64,000 bases of DNA, taken from Candidatus Saccharimonas sp. GTDB taxonomy: Bacteria > Patescibacteriota > Saccharimonadia > Saccharimonadales > Saccharimonadaceae. The notes beneath the pieces were generated by a model. It worked only from the letters and a program-made list of their open reading frames with translations, had not been told where the DNA came from and searched no databases. The translations under genes were made by a program, and so were the position numbers. Below, piece after piece: positions 39,891 to 49,631 of this stretch (positions within the stretch are counted from its first letter, which is position 1; the number at the start of each line of letters is the position of its first letter). Where the stretch lies: contig JBDHUN010000001.1 in NCBI GenBank assembly GCA_039809225.1, positions 22,003 through 86,002 on the forward strand. Reading direction: 5' to 3'.

Positions 39891-40469
39891 CAAGCCTGGA
39901 CAACACGATGCGACGGTTAGCGGATATTTTCTGCTCCATGAGGATAATGAATAGAAGTGCCTGGTTCATTATCACAATAAGATAGATATTTTGATGCAGA
40001 TTGGCGGGCATATCAACTAGACGAAAATTCATGGCAAACAGCTTCGCATGAAATTGAAGAAGAAACTGGCTATCGCCTCGATGAAGTGACGTTACTACAA
40101 TTCACGAAAGATCATCCCAAAGAGAATGGAAACATTATGCATCCACAGGCTATTGTCAATGATACGCATAATGTTGGTAACGAACATTATCACTCTGATT
40201 TATGCTATGGATTTGTCGTAACGCATCGTCCGCGGGATACAGTACATGGTGATGAATCAAGTGATTTAAGATGGATGACATTATCTGAACTTGAGGAGGG
40301 TGCGAAGAAGGGGGGCGTGCTAAAAGACGCGGTATATATTTATCAATACATTCTAAGACACATCGACGACTTCGTGCGTGTTCCGGCCACGAGCTTTTCA
40401 TTGGAGTATTCGACTAATGGCGGAGTTACCTATAAACGTGGAATTCCTGGGAAAAACAATGCAAAATAA
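39874..40469 (+). pseudogene. NUDIX hydrolase, disrupted (in-frame TAG + 1-nt deletion)
   Basis: [19 protein letters not shown]..., then TAG at 39952-39954. The frame then continues KCLVHYHNKIDILMQIGGHIN. Around 40017 it shifts by -1 into LDENSWQTASHEIEEETGY, the Nudix box. Confidence 0.7.
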
Positions 40470-40546
40470 GGCTAACTATTATGACAAAATAATGAATCTC
40501 ACCTTACGATAAGAGAGATATCACAGGAGAACGGTATAATACATAT

Positions 40547-40879
40547 ATGACATTACATAGTTTGACTACGAAACAAGAATTTGAAGATAAAGTATTAAAG
40601 AGCGATAAAGTAGTTCTGGTAGATTTTTGGGCACAGTGGTGTCCGCCATGTCGAGCGATGGCACCGGTGCTCCATATGGTAGCGGAAAAAATGGACAAGC
40701 ACGTTGATGTCGTCAAAGTTGATATCGAAGCGACGCCCGACAATGCTGCTCTGGCTGGTGAGTACCATGTGCAGAGCATTCCAAATATGAATGTTTTTAA
40801 GAATGGTAAAGTTGTGGATACGATTGTGGGCATAGTTCCGGCCGCAGCGCTGGAAGACACGTTGAAATCATATCTGTAG
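40547..40879 (+). CDS. trxA: Thioredoxin (CPPC active-site variant)
   Basis: VLVDFWAQWCPPCRAMAP. TATAAT 40535-40540 lies 6 nt before the ATG. Confidence 0.88.
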   Translation: MTLHSLTTKQEFEDKVLKSDKVVLVDFWAQWCPPCRAMAPVLHMVAEKMDKHVDVVKVDIEATPDNAALAGEYHVQSIPNMNVFKNGKVVDTIVGIVPAAALEDTLKSYL

Positions 40880-40923
40880 CGTCATAAGTAATGAGCAGCA
40901 TGCTGTGAAAGGGGGACAAAGTC

Positions 40924-41109
40924 ATGAATAAATTTGGACCACTAGCTGGCAAAAAGGTAAAAGAAGCCGTGCACGAAATGAAACAGGGCAAACTAAAGAG
41001 TAGTAGTGGCAAGAAAGTTACTGACCGCAAACATTCGGTCGCGATCGGCCTCAGCGAAGCTCGCAAAGCAGGTGGTAAGGTTCCAAAAGAGAAGAAAACT
41101 GATTCTTAA
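40924..41109 (+). CDS. Small basic protein (DUF6496-like)
   Basis: 61 aa, Lys-rich, with a ...KKVTDRKHSVAIGLSEARKAGGK... segment resembling DUF6496. Confidence 0.5.
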   Translation: MNKFGPLAGKKVKEAVHEMKQGKLKSSSGKKVTDRKHSVAIGLSEARKAGGKVPKEKKTDS

Positions 41110-41122
41110 AAGGAGGTGATAT

Positions 41123-41542
41123 ATGGCAAATAGTGTAGTGCACTTTGAAGTTTTCGTCGATGATGTGGAGCGGGCCAAGAAATTCTACAGCGATGTCTTT
41201 GGTTGGGTGTTTCAAGACCTTGGTGAAAAATATGGCGGTTATGTGCTGGTGTATCCAAGCGGTGAAATCACGTCCGGTATGCCAAGTACAGGGATAAACG
41301 GCGGCATGATGAAACGACCTGGCCCAGCACCAAGTGACGACAAAGCCGCGCCCAATGCGTTTGTCTGTACGGTTGTGGTTGATGATGTCGATGCTATCGT
41401 CGCCAAGGCTGAAACTGCTGGCGGCCGTGTTGATATGCCGGCAGATGATGTCCCGGGTGTCGGCCGCCTGGCGTATATCCGTGATACTGAGATGAACCTC
41501 GTCGGTTTACTCAAACCTATCGAGGGCGGGGCGGGAATGTAA
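41123..41542 (+). CDS. VOC (glyoxalase/bleomycin-resistance) family protein
   Basis: SD aaggagg upstream. VHFEVFVDDVERAKKFYSDVFGW N-terminus typical of VOC proteins. Confidence 0.8.
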   Translation: MANSVVHFEVFVDDVERAKKFYSDVFGWVFQDLGEKYGGYVLVYPSGEITSGMPSTGINGGMMKRPGPAPSDDKAAPNAFVCTVVVDDVDAIVAKAETAGGRVDMPADDVPGVGRLAYIRDTEMNLVGLLKPIEGGAGM

Positions 41543-41558
41543 CGAAAGGGGGATACAT

Positions 41559-42020
41559 ATGGCAAGCAAAATAATTCCTAATTTATGGTTCAAAGGCAAT
41601 GCGCGCGAAGCGGTCGAGTACTACCTGTCAGTCTTTCCGGACGCCAAAATCACTGGCGAGAGTACATACCCCGAGAGCGCGGACGAAGGGCTGGCAGATT
41701 TTCAAGAAGATTTCGCAGGGAAAGATTTGACGATAGATTTCAACCTGCTCGGCCAGGATTTCACGGCTATCAATGCCGGACCGGAATTTACCTTCAACGA
41801 AGCGGTGTCATTTAGTGTATTTTGTAAAGACCAGGCCGAAATTGACTACTACTGGGGAAAGCTATCAGCCCACCCGGAAAATGAGCAGTGCGGCTGGTGC
41901 AAGGACAAATTCGGCCTGAGCTGGCAAATCGTGCCGGAAAACACCGAGGAGCTCATGCAAAAACCTGGCGCTTTCAAAACCATGATGAAACAAAAGAAAA
42001 TAATCATAGCAGAATATTAA
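41559..42020 (+). CDS. VOC superfamily protein (3-demethylubiquinone-9 3-methyltransferase-like domain)
   Basis: IIPNLWFKGNAREAVEYYLSVFPDAKI and CGWCKDKFGLSWQIVP motifs. Confidence 0.75.
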   Translation: MASKIIPNLWFKGNAREAVEYYLSVFPDAKITGESTYPESADEGLADFQEDFAGKDLTIDFNLLGQDFTAINAGPEFTFNEAVSFSVFCKDQAEIDYYWGKLSAHPENEQCGWCKDKFGLSWQIVPENTEELMQKPGAFKTMMKQKKIIIAEY

Positions 42021-42029
42021 GGATGAATT

Positions 42030-42479
42030 ATGGGATTATCACTCAACAGCTACATCAGCTTTGGCGGCAATGCGCGTGAAGCCATGGAGTTTTACAAATC
42101 TGTCTTTGGTGGCACGCTCGAAGCTGACACGTTCAAAAGCTTCAATGAACAATCTGGTGGTGCTATGCCAGTTGCGCCGGAAGACGAAGACAAAATCATG
42201 CACGACACGCTCAAAGGTAGTAATGGTATCGTCATCATGGCGAGCGATACGCCTAGCAGCATGCCGTACAATCCTGGCTAACAGCGGATCAGCATGGCGC
42301 TGACGGGTGATGACGAAGCGACGCTGCGCGGCTATTGGGACAAGCTCGCCGATCGCGGCAAGGTAAACATGCCGCTCGAAAAAGCCGAGTGGGGCGACAC
42401 GTTTGGTATGCTGACTGACAAATACGGTATTGATTGGATGATTGATATCAACCCCGTCGGTCAACCTGGGGTGGCGTAG
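42030..42479 (+). pseudogene. PhnB-like VOC protein with in-frame TAA
   Basis: ORFs 42030..42281 and 42294..42479 are in the same frame, separated only by TAA 42279-42281. The combined sequence (YISFGGNAREAMEFYKSVFGG ... WGDTFGMLTDKYGIDWMI) looks like one PhnB-like protein. Confidence 0.65.
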
Positions 42480-42487
42480 TACAAAGC

Positions 42488-42802
42488 TTAGCCGCGTTTC
42501 CGTTTCGCCAAAATACCCCGGACAGATGGGCTGATGGCTTTGTCGGTGCGGTGCGTGCAACCGATCCAGCAACATGGACGGCGCTCACCACGGCTGAGCT
42601 TGTCGATAGCAACAGTGATGCGTTTGGCACGGGTCTCTGGCCGTTTGGCATCGAGCACCCAGCAGATAAATTCATTACGCGCGAGCGGCGTAATGTCATT
42701 CCAACGCTCCGGGATACCTTTTGCCTGCCGAAAGGATTTGGACATGTCGCTCGGTAGTTTGTGGATTGTATCGAGACCGGGAGATAACACTGGTGTATGC
42801 AT
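42488..42802 (-). CDS. YdeI/OmpD-associated (OmdA) domain protein
   Basis: ...FICWVLDAKRPETRAKRITVAIDKLSRGE... matches the OmdA C-terminal domain pattern. Ends with a CCWIGCTHR cluster. Confidence 0.65.
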   Translation of the reverse strand: MHTPVLSPGLDTIHKLPSDMSKSFRQAKGIPERWNDITPLARNEFICWVLDAKRPETRAKRITVAIDKLSRGERRPCCWIGCTHRTDKAISPSVRGILAKRKRG

Positions 42803-42815
42803 AGTACTATTTTAG

Positions 42816-43185
42816 ATGATTGATCCGGCATATACTATATGTATGGAAGACGTTACATCTTTTATCGATAAATTAAAGCAGCCATGGCAGCAGCAGATTT
42901 GTGCGGAATTGCTGGATGTCATCAGCAAGACGGCACCTGAGATTAAAGCCTCGATCAAGTGGCAAAACCCGTTTTTTGAATATAATGGCGCAGTCCTGAA
43001 ATGATTTATCGCTAAAGAATGGATCAATGTATTTTTATAAAGGTCATGCCATGGGTGATGGTCTTGGTACGTTTGAGCCAAGTGACAATGCACGCATGCG
43101 GACAATCAAATATTATGAGGGCGATAAGGTGGATACTGAAAAGTTCGCTACGCTTCTCAAACAAGCAGTAATGCTCAACGAGTAA
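42816..43185 (+). pseudogene. DUF1801 (YdhG-like) protein, disrupted (in-frame TGA + frameshift)
   Basis: ...WQNPFFEYNGAVLK, then TGA (43002-43004), then FIAKEWINV in the same frame. A +1 shift near 43029-43031 leads into YFYKGHAMGDGLGTFEPSDNARMRTIKYYEG...MLNE, with stop at 43183-43185. Confidence 0.6.
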
Positions 43186-43267
43186 TACGCCAAGGCAATG
43201 AAACAGCTGGCGATTGTCTCGCCTGAGCCTGTGAAATTTACCGCTACATCTGTCGGGTCTGTCGCGA

Positions 43268-43711
43268 ATGGCATATAATAATATTATGCAGGTGGCCCAT
43301 ACCGTTAATACCGAAAGCGAACTAGCGCCGTATATATGGCAGCGCTGGATTGCGCCAAGCCTGTGGCCACAAGACGATCCCGATACCAAAGCGGCTGGTT
43401 TTGATGCCGACCCTGCGGTGGGCGTGACGGGATGGGTTGTGCCCAAAAGCGGACCAAAATCGCGTATGCGCGTGAGTCGGTTTGAGCCGGAAAAAACATT
43501 TTACCTACAGACCAAACTACCACTTGCGGTGATGTCGTTTGAGCACAATATGGTGCGTGACGGCGCAGACTTCACCATGACTCACAGGCTGGTGTTTAGC
43601 GGGCCACTCGGCGGATTGTTTGCGCGCTTGATTGGCAAAAAAATCGGAGCGGGTTTTCCGGGTGTCATGGAATCGATCGTCACCCATGCTCGTAGTATGA
43701 AAGATGCCTGA
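43268..43711 (+). CDS. SRPBCC (polyketide cyclase/START-like) family protein
   Basis: 147 aa with a sequence pattern (..WQRWIAPSLWP.., ..MTHRLVFSGPLGGLFARLIG..) typical of SRPBCC ligand-binding proteins. Confidence 0.7.
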   Translation: MAYNNIMQVAHTVNTESELAPYIWQRWIAPSLWPQDDPDTKAAGFDADPAVGVTGWVVPKSGPKSRMRVSRFEPEKTFYLQTKLPLAVMSFEHNMVRDGADFTMTHRLVFSGPLGGLFARLIGKKIGAGFPGVMESIVTHARSMKDA

Positions 43712-44036
43712 GCTGACACTGCCGGTTATGGCATTTCAAACTCGCGCTGAACTGCGCGCTTGGCTGGAACAAAATCATGCAGTTTCACCTGGGATCATGG
43801 TGCAGCTCTTTAAGGTTTCGTCCGGGATCAAGAGTGTAAGCTTCCACGACGTGTTGGAAGAGGGCCTGTGTTTCGGCTGGAGTGAAAGCCAGCGCTTGCC
43901 ATTTGATGCACAGTCATACTTGCAAAAATTCACGCCGCGCAAAAGTAAAGGTACGACGAGTGAACGCAACAAACGATTGGTAAAACAGCTTGAAGTAGAT
44001 GGGTTGATGACCGATGCTGGCAGGGAGAAATTATGA
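43704..44036 (+). CDS. YdeI-family protein, N-terminal half only (probably truncated)
   Basis: LPVMAFQTRAELRAWLEQNHAVSPGIMVQL...LCFGWSESQR...FTPRKSKG matches the N-half of about 195-aa YdeI-type proteins. The C-terminal OmdA part is missing after the stop. Confidence 0.6.
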   Translation: MPELTLPVMAFQTRAELRAWLEQNHAVSPGIMVQLFKVSSGIKSVSFHDVLEEGLCFGWSESQRLPFDAQSYLQKFTPRKSKGTTSERNKRLVKQLEVDGLMTDAGREKL

Positions 44037-44161
44037 GCAGCGAACCACCGAAGCGTGATTGAGCACGGAGTCGAGGCGGTCTGCGGCAAACAAATTGTAT
44101 GATTCGCTACAGCCGAGCGAAGTTGAAGTCTGTAATTTGTATAGCTACCAGTTGAAGTAAA

Positions 44162-44416
44162 TTATTTACGCTGGTTCTTTAGTTTTTCGTATTCGCTCTC
44201 AACGGAAAACGTCGATGAAGTGTAACCGATAATAGTAGCGAGTAGCCCAATACCTGTCCCAAATGTTACCCATAGCGGCCACATATAGCCGGGCTGTGTA
44301 ATGAGATAAACTGCCCAGCACACGACGTTGGCAAACACAAACCACAGAACGCTTTGGCGCAATGCAACCCGCTTCTTTGCCTGCTCATATAGTACCTTAT
44401 CCTTTTGCTCTGCCAT
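44162..44416 (-). CDS. 2TM-domain small membrane protein
   Basis: YEQAKKRVALRQSVLWFVFANVVCWAVYL, then a second helix, as in the 2TM domain family. Confidence 0.65.
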   Translation of the reverse strand: MAEQKDKVLYEQAKKRVALRQSVLWFVFANVVCWAVYLITQPGYMWPLWVTFGTGIGLLATIIGYTSSTFSVESEYEKLKNQRK

Positions 44417-44520
44417 AATGTATCTCCTTATGATTACTTGCTTTTAGTATACTATAGCTATCACATCGGTGCCACCACCACTACGCCAGTTCATTTATAG
44501 CCATAGTATAATGCAACTAT

Positions 44521-44808
44521 ATGCAGCGTGATACTACGAATGCAAAACAAACCGCGCAATGGCATCTATGGCTTATCGGCGTGACGATGTTGCTGCTCAG
44601 TCTTGTGGGGCTGGCGGATTTCGTCCTCGCAAATCTTCATAGCCAGAGTTATTTCAACTATATGCACTATGGGTCTACGCAGATTGCTTACTTCACGACG
44701 TATCCGCTTGCGCTCAAGATGCTGTGGGGAGTGGGTGTCGTGATGTCGGTCATTGCGCTGGCTATGCTGTTGCTGCAGTCACGATATACAGCGCGGGCAT
44801 TTTTGTGA
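44521..44808 (+). CDS. Hypothetical membrane protein (possibly truncated by in-frame TGA)
   Basis: 95 aa, 3 TM. The same frame stays open for 79 more codons after TGA 44806-44808, up to 45045. TATAAT 44507-44512 lies 8 nt before the ATG. Confidence 0.5.
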   Translation: MQRDTTNAKQTAQWHLWLIGVTMLLLSLVGLADFVLANLHSQSYFNYMHYGSTQIAYFTTYPLALKMLWGVGVVMSVIALAMLLLQSRYTARAFL

Positions 44809-45101
44809 GCGTTTGTGCTGCAGGTTGGGCTTGAGCTCATCACATTTGCATTTCGCCATCGTTTCGACGTGTTGGGTCCGAAGCTCGCGGCACAAGGATA
44901 TCATCGTCGTAATCACACTCGGGCTCTTGTATATGTATGCGCACCATTTGCACCGCCACGGAGTGTTCGCGCAGTCGCCCGCAATGTCGAAAAAGCGGCG
45001 ATAGCACTATCGAGCAAAAACATCCGCCAGCTTGGTAGAGAATAGTGAATGCGTAAGAGTATATTTTCAATAAATTTTTTGTAGGATGCTATTATAAACG
45101 T

Positions 45102-45431
45102 ATGGCAACAGACGCAAAAACGATGGAGGTTTTGTTGGAATCGCTTGATGGCATCCCAACTATTCGCACACGCAATATGTTTGGGGAGTATGCGGTGTAT
45201 GTGGAAGACAAGGTGGTGGGGTTTGTGTGTGATGATCGGCTGCTACTGAAAATCACCGACGCAAGCAAAACACTCGTACGCACGCAAGCGACCAGCAAGC
45301 CATATCCGAGTGCGAGGGATTATTATCATATTGATGAGAATGATTGGGATGACCGTGAGTATATGACAAGGCTCATCACGGCGACGGCCGATTCGTTGCC
45401 GGCGCCGAAGCCAAAGAAACGAAAAAGCTAG
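45102..45431 (+). CDS. TfoX/Sxy N-terminal domain protein
   Basis: ..IRTRNMFGEYAVYVEDKVVGFVCDDRLLLK.. matches the TfoX_N pattern. Confidence 0.75.
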   Translation: MATDAKTMEVLLESLDGIPTIRTRNMFGEYAVYVEDKVVGFVCDDRLLLKITDASKTLVRTQATSKPYPSARDYYHIDENDWDDREYMTRLITATADSLPAPKPKKRKS

Positions 45432-45461
45432 TAACGTATTTCATGATCGTAAACTTCAGGC

Positions 45462-45929
45462 ATGGATATTGTGGAGAGCTGCTACACTAAAGGCATGGAT
45501 AAAGCATTTTTCATCGAGACAATCAATCGGTATTTTGCAGCGCTTGACGATCGGAATTTTAGCGAGGCGACATTTAGTAAGATTTTTACGAACAATGCGA
45601 CGAATTAACGGCCGAATGGCAGTGTGATGCAGGGGGCCGATGGTATTCGGGGAAGTCACGAGCAGAGTCTCGCGCGGTTCAAAGCGACGCAGCACCTGAC
45701 TAGTAACTTTGTTGTGGACGTCGTCGACGAATCGCACGCGACGTTTCGGTTTAACTTGGTCGCAATGCACTTATGGGCCGAGGATGGGCCGGATAATTAT
45801 TTCCTGGGGGGCAATGTGCTGCGCGGTGAAGCGGTGGAAACTGAAAATGGTTGGCGCATCAGCAAGCTCAAACACCAAGACATATGGAAACGCGGCACTG
45901 GGTTTCAAAATATGGTAGCAACGAAATAG
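45462..45929 (+). pseudogene. SnoaL-like / NTF2-family protein with in-frame TAA
   Basis: ATG 45462 opens ...IETINRYFAALDDRNFSEATFSKIFTNNATN, then TAA 45606-45608. The same frame continues RPNGSVMQGADGIRGSHEQSL... (ORF 45624..45929). Confidence 0.6.
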
Positions 45930-45937
45930 GAGGATTT

Positions 45938-46527
45938 ATGGACAAGATCGATTTCAAGAAAACGCTCAAAGAACTATACGCGCCGAAGAATGTGGAGTGG
46001 GCGGAGGTGGAGGTACCGGCGCAGCAGTTTTTGATGGTTGACGGCACGGGCGACCCGAACACGAGCCAGGAATACGCCGATGCTGTCGCGGCACTCTTCG
46101 CCGTGAGCTATGTACTGAAGTTTATGAGCAAAAAAACATTGGGCAAAGATTACGGTGTAGCGCCACTGGAAGGCCTGTGGCAGAGCCGCGACCTAAGGGA
46201 TAAATGACGATGATGATTATGCAGCCGGAGTGGATCACACAAGACATGGTGCAGGATGCGCTATCGGCGACGGCAAAGAAAAAGGATCTGCCGAGCCTGT
46301 CGAAAATTAGGTTTGAGACACTGCATGAAGGCTGCAGTATGCAGCTTCTGCACATTGGAAGCTACAACGATGAAGCGCCAAAGATCGCGAAGCTGCACGA
46401 TGAGATCATGTCGGAACAAAAACTCGCAGAAAATGGCCGCCATCACGAAATCTATCTCAGCGATCCGCGCAAGACTGCCCCCGAAAAATGCAAAACTATT
46501 TTGAGGCAGCCGGTAAAGGGTGACTAG
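45938..46527 (+). pseudogene. GyrI-like small-molecule-binding domain protein, frameshifted
   Basis: SD aggagg precedes ATG 45938. MDKIDFKKTLKELYAP...PLEGLW ends at TGA 46205-46207. The rest (TMMIMQPEW...HHEIYLSDPRKTAPEKCKTILRQPV) is in another frame. Adding one G (TG-A to TGG A) restores DKWTMMIMQP. Confidence 0.7.
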
Positions 46528-46567
46528 GTATTCGTAGAAAATCAACTGATGGTATACACTAAAGATT

Positions 46568-47341
46568 ATGAAAAAATCATTTATCGAAAGACACCCGGTA
46601 ATCACAACGATTATAACCGTTGTTGTCCTCGTGTTTATGTACGGATTTTCCGGGGCCGTGCTGATGCAAACCAAAAACGAGATGATCTCACCTGTATTTG
46701 TACCAAATATCATCATCACAGTCGCTGTGCTGTTGTGGGCGTGGCTATCTAAAAAACGACAATTAATCTACCTAAATCGACCAAAACAATTTACGGGCAA
46801 GGGTGCCTTGATGCTCTACGGACCCTATGTGTTTGTCGTGTTGCTCACTGCTGTTACGTCACTATGGGTGAATAAATGGCAATTGGCATCGACGAATACC
46901 ACGACGCTCGGGTACCTTGTATTGCTGGCTATTGTTGTCGGCATGGTTGAGGAACTGATTTTCCGGGGAATTTTGCTCCGAGCTTGGTCAACCAAGGGTG
47001 TGGTGACGGCGGTTATCATCACATCGGCGCTATTTGGATTGGTACATCTGTCTCAGTTGATGGGTGAACAAACTGGCGTCATGACGTTCCTGCAAATGGC
47101 ATTTGCTGTTTTCTTTGCTGTAGTAAGTGCTCAGCTGGTATTTATCACTGGTAGCATATTGCCAACGATTTTGCTGCATATTCTTTTCGATGGTGTTCAG
47201 CTCATCACGACCGATCCAACTGCTACTAATGCTGCGGACGTGTCGCTTAATCCTATCGCACTGACGACTACAATTATCATCGTGATTACTTTTATTGCGG
47301 TAGCAGTCTACCAGCAAAAGCGCTTGCCAAAAACAGTCTGA
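46568..47341 (+). CDS. CPBP family intramembrane glutamic endopeptidase (CAAX protease/Abi)
   Basis: EELIFRG, FGLVH and HILFD motifs in a multi-pass membrane protein. Confidence 0.85.
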   Translation: MKKSFIERHPVITTIITVVVLVFMYGFSGAVLMQTKNEMISPVFVPNIIITVAVLLWAWLSKKRQLIYLNRPKQFTGKGALMLYGPYVFVVLLTAVTSLWVNKWQLASTNTTTLGYLVLLAIVVGMVEELIFRGILLRAWSTKGVVTAVIITSALFGLVHLSQLMGEQTGVMTFLQMAFAVFFAVVSAQLVFITGSILPTILLHILFDGVQLITTDPTATNAADVSLNPIALTTTIIIVITFIAVAVYQQKRLPKTV

Positions 47342-47342
47342 T

Positions 47343-48044
47343 CTAGTAGGCGCCGGTAACGGTAAACGACGGCTTGCCAACATTGGCGTACATCCAGTCG
47401 GCGTCACTGACACTCACGCGAATGCAGCCATGGCTAGCCGGATAGGTTGGTACCTGTGTCGACCCATGGACATAAATTGGACCGGTTACCTGGCGAATGT
47501 TATACATGTTACCGTAGTGAGACACATAGGCATATTGGCCTTCGGTGTGATAACTGCATGACTCCGGATAGAGCGTACTGCACCACCAGCCACGCTGAGT
47601 GTAGCCGAGGTTGTAAGTGCCGTTGGGCGTGCCGTGGCCGGACATACCGGTCGAGATGGCCATAACTCGTTTGTAGTAGCCGCCGTTGGCATAGACCATG
47701 GCCTGGCACGTTTCGTGTGCTACGAGGTATTCACTGCTGGACTTGGCACGAATTTTTTGAAGTGAACTATAGGCCGCATCGTAGCGCTGGAGGTACGTGT
47801 AGGTCGTCGAGTCGAGGTTATTGCGCGAGACGGTGATGCCCGCAATGTAGCGGAAGATACACAGACCGCGTGAGGTTTGAGCACCATTCAGCCCGTCGAT
47901 TGGTCCGGCTGGAATGCCGAATTTGGTCATGATACGCTGTGCATTGGCAACGCTTGAGCTATAAGCAGAAGCTTGTACCGGCGAAGTAAGTGACATCACG
48001 ATCCCCAGGCCCAGCGCTAACATTAGTATAATTCGTTTATTCAT
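47343..48044 (-). CDS. L,D-transpeptidase (YkuD) with N-terminal peptidoglycan-binding domain
   Basis: Signal peptide, PG_binding_1-like FGIPAGPIDGLNGAQT and catalytic HGS..(x)..SHGCIRV. Confidence 0.85.
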   Translation of the reverse strand: MNKRIILMLALGLGIVMSLTSPVQASAYSSSVANAQRIMTKFGIPAGPIDGLNGAQTSRGLCIFRYIAGITVSRNNLDSTTYTYLQRYDAAYSSLQKIRAKSSSEYLVAHETCQAMVYANGGYYKRVMAISTGMSGHGTPNGTYNLGYTQRGWWCSTLYPESCSYHTEGQYAYVSHYGNMYNIRQVTGPIYVHGSTQVPTYPASHGCIRVSVSDADWMYANVGKPSFTVTGAY

Positions 48045-48120
48045 AGAGATCCTCCCTTTATGACATTTCTATTATACCACTTGAAGTTGGGTAAATGGTG
48101 GTTATGGCTTGATATACTAA

Positions 48121-49608
48121 ATGCAGATGAACACTACACTAGAGGAAAAATTAAAAACCTTGCCGAATGCTCCAGGAGTGTATTTTCATCGATCCAGCAG
48201 CGGGGAAATCATTTATGTGGGCAAAGCTGCGGTGCTTAAAAACCGTGTGCGGCAATATTTCCAGAGCAAAAAAGATTTCGATATGAAGACGCTGGCACTG
48301 GTCAACGAAATTCACGATACTGAATGGGTCGAGACCGAGAGCGAAATCGACGCGTTATTTCTCGAAAGCGAGATGGTCAAGCGCTACATGCCGCGTTATA
48401 ACATCTTGCTGCGTGATGACAAATCACAGACATTTGTCCGCATTGACATGAAAAATGATTGGCCGTATGTCAGTTTCACGCGTAATCCGGCCGATGACGC
48501 AGCCACCTATGTCGGGCCTTTTTATAATGGCTATGCAGTCAAGAAAGCCCTGCGTTACCTGCGTAAGGTCTTTCCGTACTACACTAAGTCACCAACTGAC
48601 CGAAAACCTGATCTTGATGTCCATCTCGGCCTCAGCCCGCGTAGCGATTTAACGAGTCAAGAGTACAAAGCCAATTTGCGCAAACTACTGAGTTATATTC
48701 GCGGTGGTCGGGTGAAGATTACAAATGAGATCGAAAGAGACATGAAACGGGCGGCTCGCAACCAAGAGTTTGAGCGAGCAGCGGACTTACGCAATAAGCT
48801 GACTCATCTTAAAGAACTACAACGAAGAATTATGTTTGGCGACCGAGAATTCCTCGATATCAGTAAAGACCGCGCTTTGCAGGATTTGACGGAACTACTT
48901 CACCTGCCAAATTTGCCGGCGCGTATCGAAGGCTATGACATTAGTCACATGAGCGGCACCAATGTTGTAGCGAGCATGGTGGTGTTTACTAATGGCGTCA
49001 GTGATCGTGCGGAGTATCGTAAGTTTAAGACCAGGCGCGAACAAAATAACGACTTTGCCAACATGAGCGAGACGATCACCAGGCGATTGAGCGAAAAAAA
49101 TAGAGCAGCTTGGGGACTGCCGCAACTGTTTTTGATCGACGGCGGTAAGGGTCAACTCGATGCTGCTACATCGGCTCGTGATGAGCGTGAACAGCAAATT
49201 CCCATGATCGGGCTGGCCAAACGCGAAGAGCAAATCGTGATCCATCATGATAAATCGTTGGTGCAATTAAACAAAACGAAACTTGATGAACTGGGCGGTC
49301 ACTACATGACAAGCGATACGTTCACATTGGTAAATTTGCCCCATGACACTCATATCGTCAAATTGTTGCAACGGATTCGTGATGAATCGCACCGCTTCGC
49401 CGTCAGCTACCATACCGTATTGAAACGAAAATCTGCCACCAAAAGCAGCCTGGAAGATATTCCGGGTATCGGTCCGGCGACTCGTAAAAAATTGATCAAA
49501 ACGTTTGGTAGTTTGCGCGGCGTACAACAGGCAAGTGAAGTTGATGTCGCTGTGGCGATCGGTGACAGCAAAGCAAAAAAAGTCAAAGTGTGGCTAGCGG
49601 AACGTTGA
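48121..49608 (+). CDS. uvrC: Excinuclease ABC subunit C (short form)
   Basis: GIY-YIG N-terminus (GVYFHRSSSGEIIYVGKA..LKNRV), UVR domain and RNase H-like endonuclease region. Alternative start ATG 48127 lies 8 nt after a TATACT box. Confidence 0.9.
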   Translation: MQMNTTLEEKLKTLPNAPGVYFHRSSSGEIIYVGKAAVLKNRVRQYFQSKKDFDMKTLALVNEIHDTEWVETESEIDALFLESEMVKRYMPRYNILLRDDKSQTFVRIDMKNDWPYVSFTRNPADDAATYVGPFYNGYAVKKALRYLRKVFPYYTKSPTDRKPDLDVHLGLSPRSDLTSQEYKANLRKLLSYIRGGRVKITNEIERDMKRAARNQEFERAADLRNKLTHLKELQRRIMFGDREFLDISKDRALQDLTELLHLPNLPARIEGYDISHMSGTNVVASMVVFTNGVSDRAEYRKFKTRREQNNDFANMSETITRRLSEKNRAAWGLPQLFLIDGGKGQLDAATSARDEREQQIPMIGLAKREEQIVIHHDKSLVQLNKTKLDELGGHYMTSDTFTLVNLPHDTHIVKLLQRIRDESHRFAVSYHTVLKRKSATKSSLEDIPGIGPATRKKLIKTFGSLRGVQQASEVDVAVAIGDSKAKKVKVWLAER

Positions 49609-49631
49609 GATTCTGCCGTATACTAGGGTGC

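Noticed and set aside
42039-42575. 178-aa minus-strand ORF
   Set aside because: It overlaps the PhnB-like (pseudo)gene and the OmdA gene end. It has no family resemblance, while the + frame reads as a clear VOC/PhnB protein.
43024-43446. 140-aa minus-strand ORF
   Set aside because: It overlaps the 3' part of the DUF1801 pseudogene and the SRPBCC start. The translation is not protein-like.
39952-45608. Possible stop-codon reassignment (in-frame TAG, TAA and TGA)
   Set aside because: All three stop codons appear as lesions, and all three also terminate well-defined housekeeping genes at the expected ends (for example TGA for tpiA, TAA for pcrA, TAG for metG). The same block also has frameshifts. 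Pseudogenisation is the simpler explanation.
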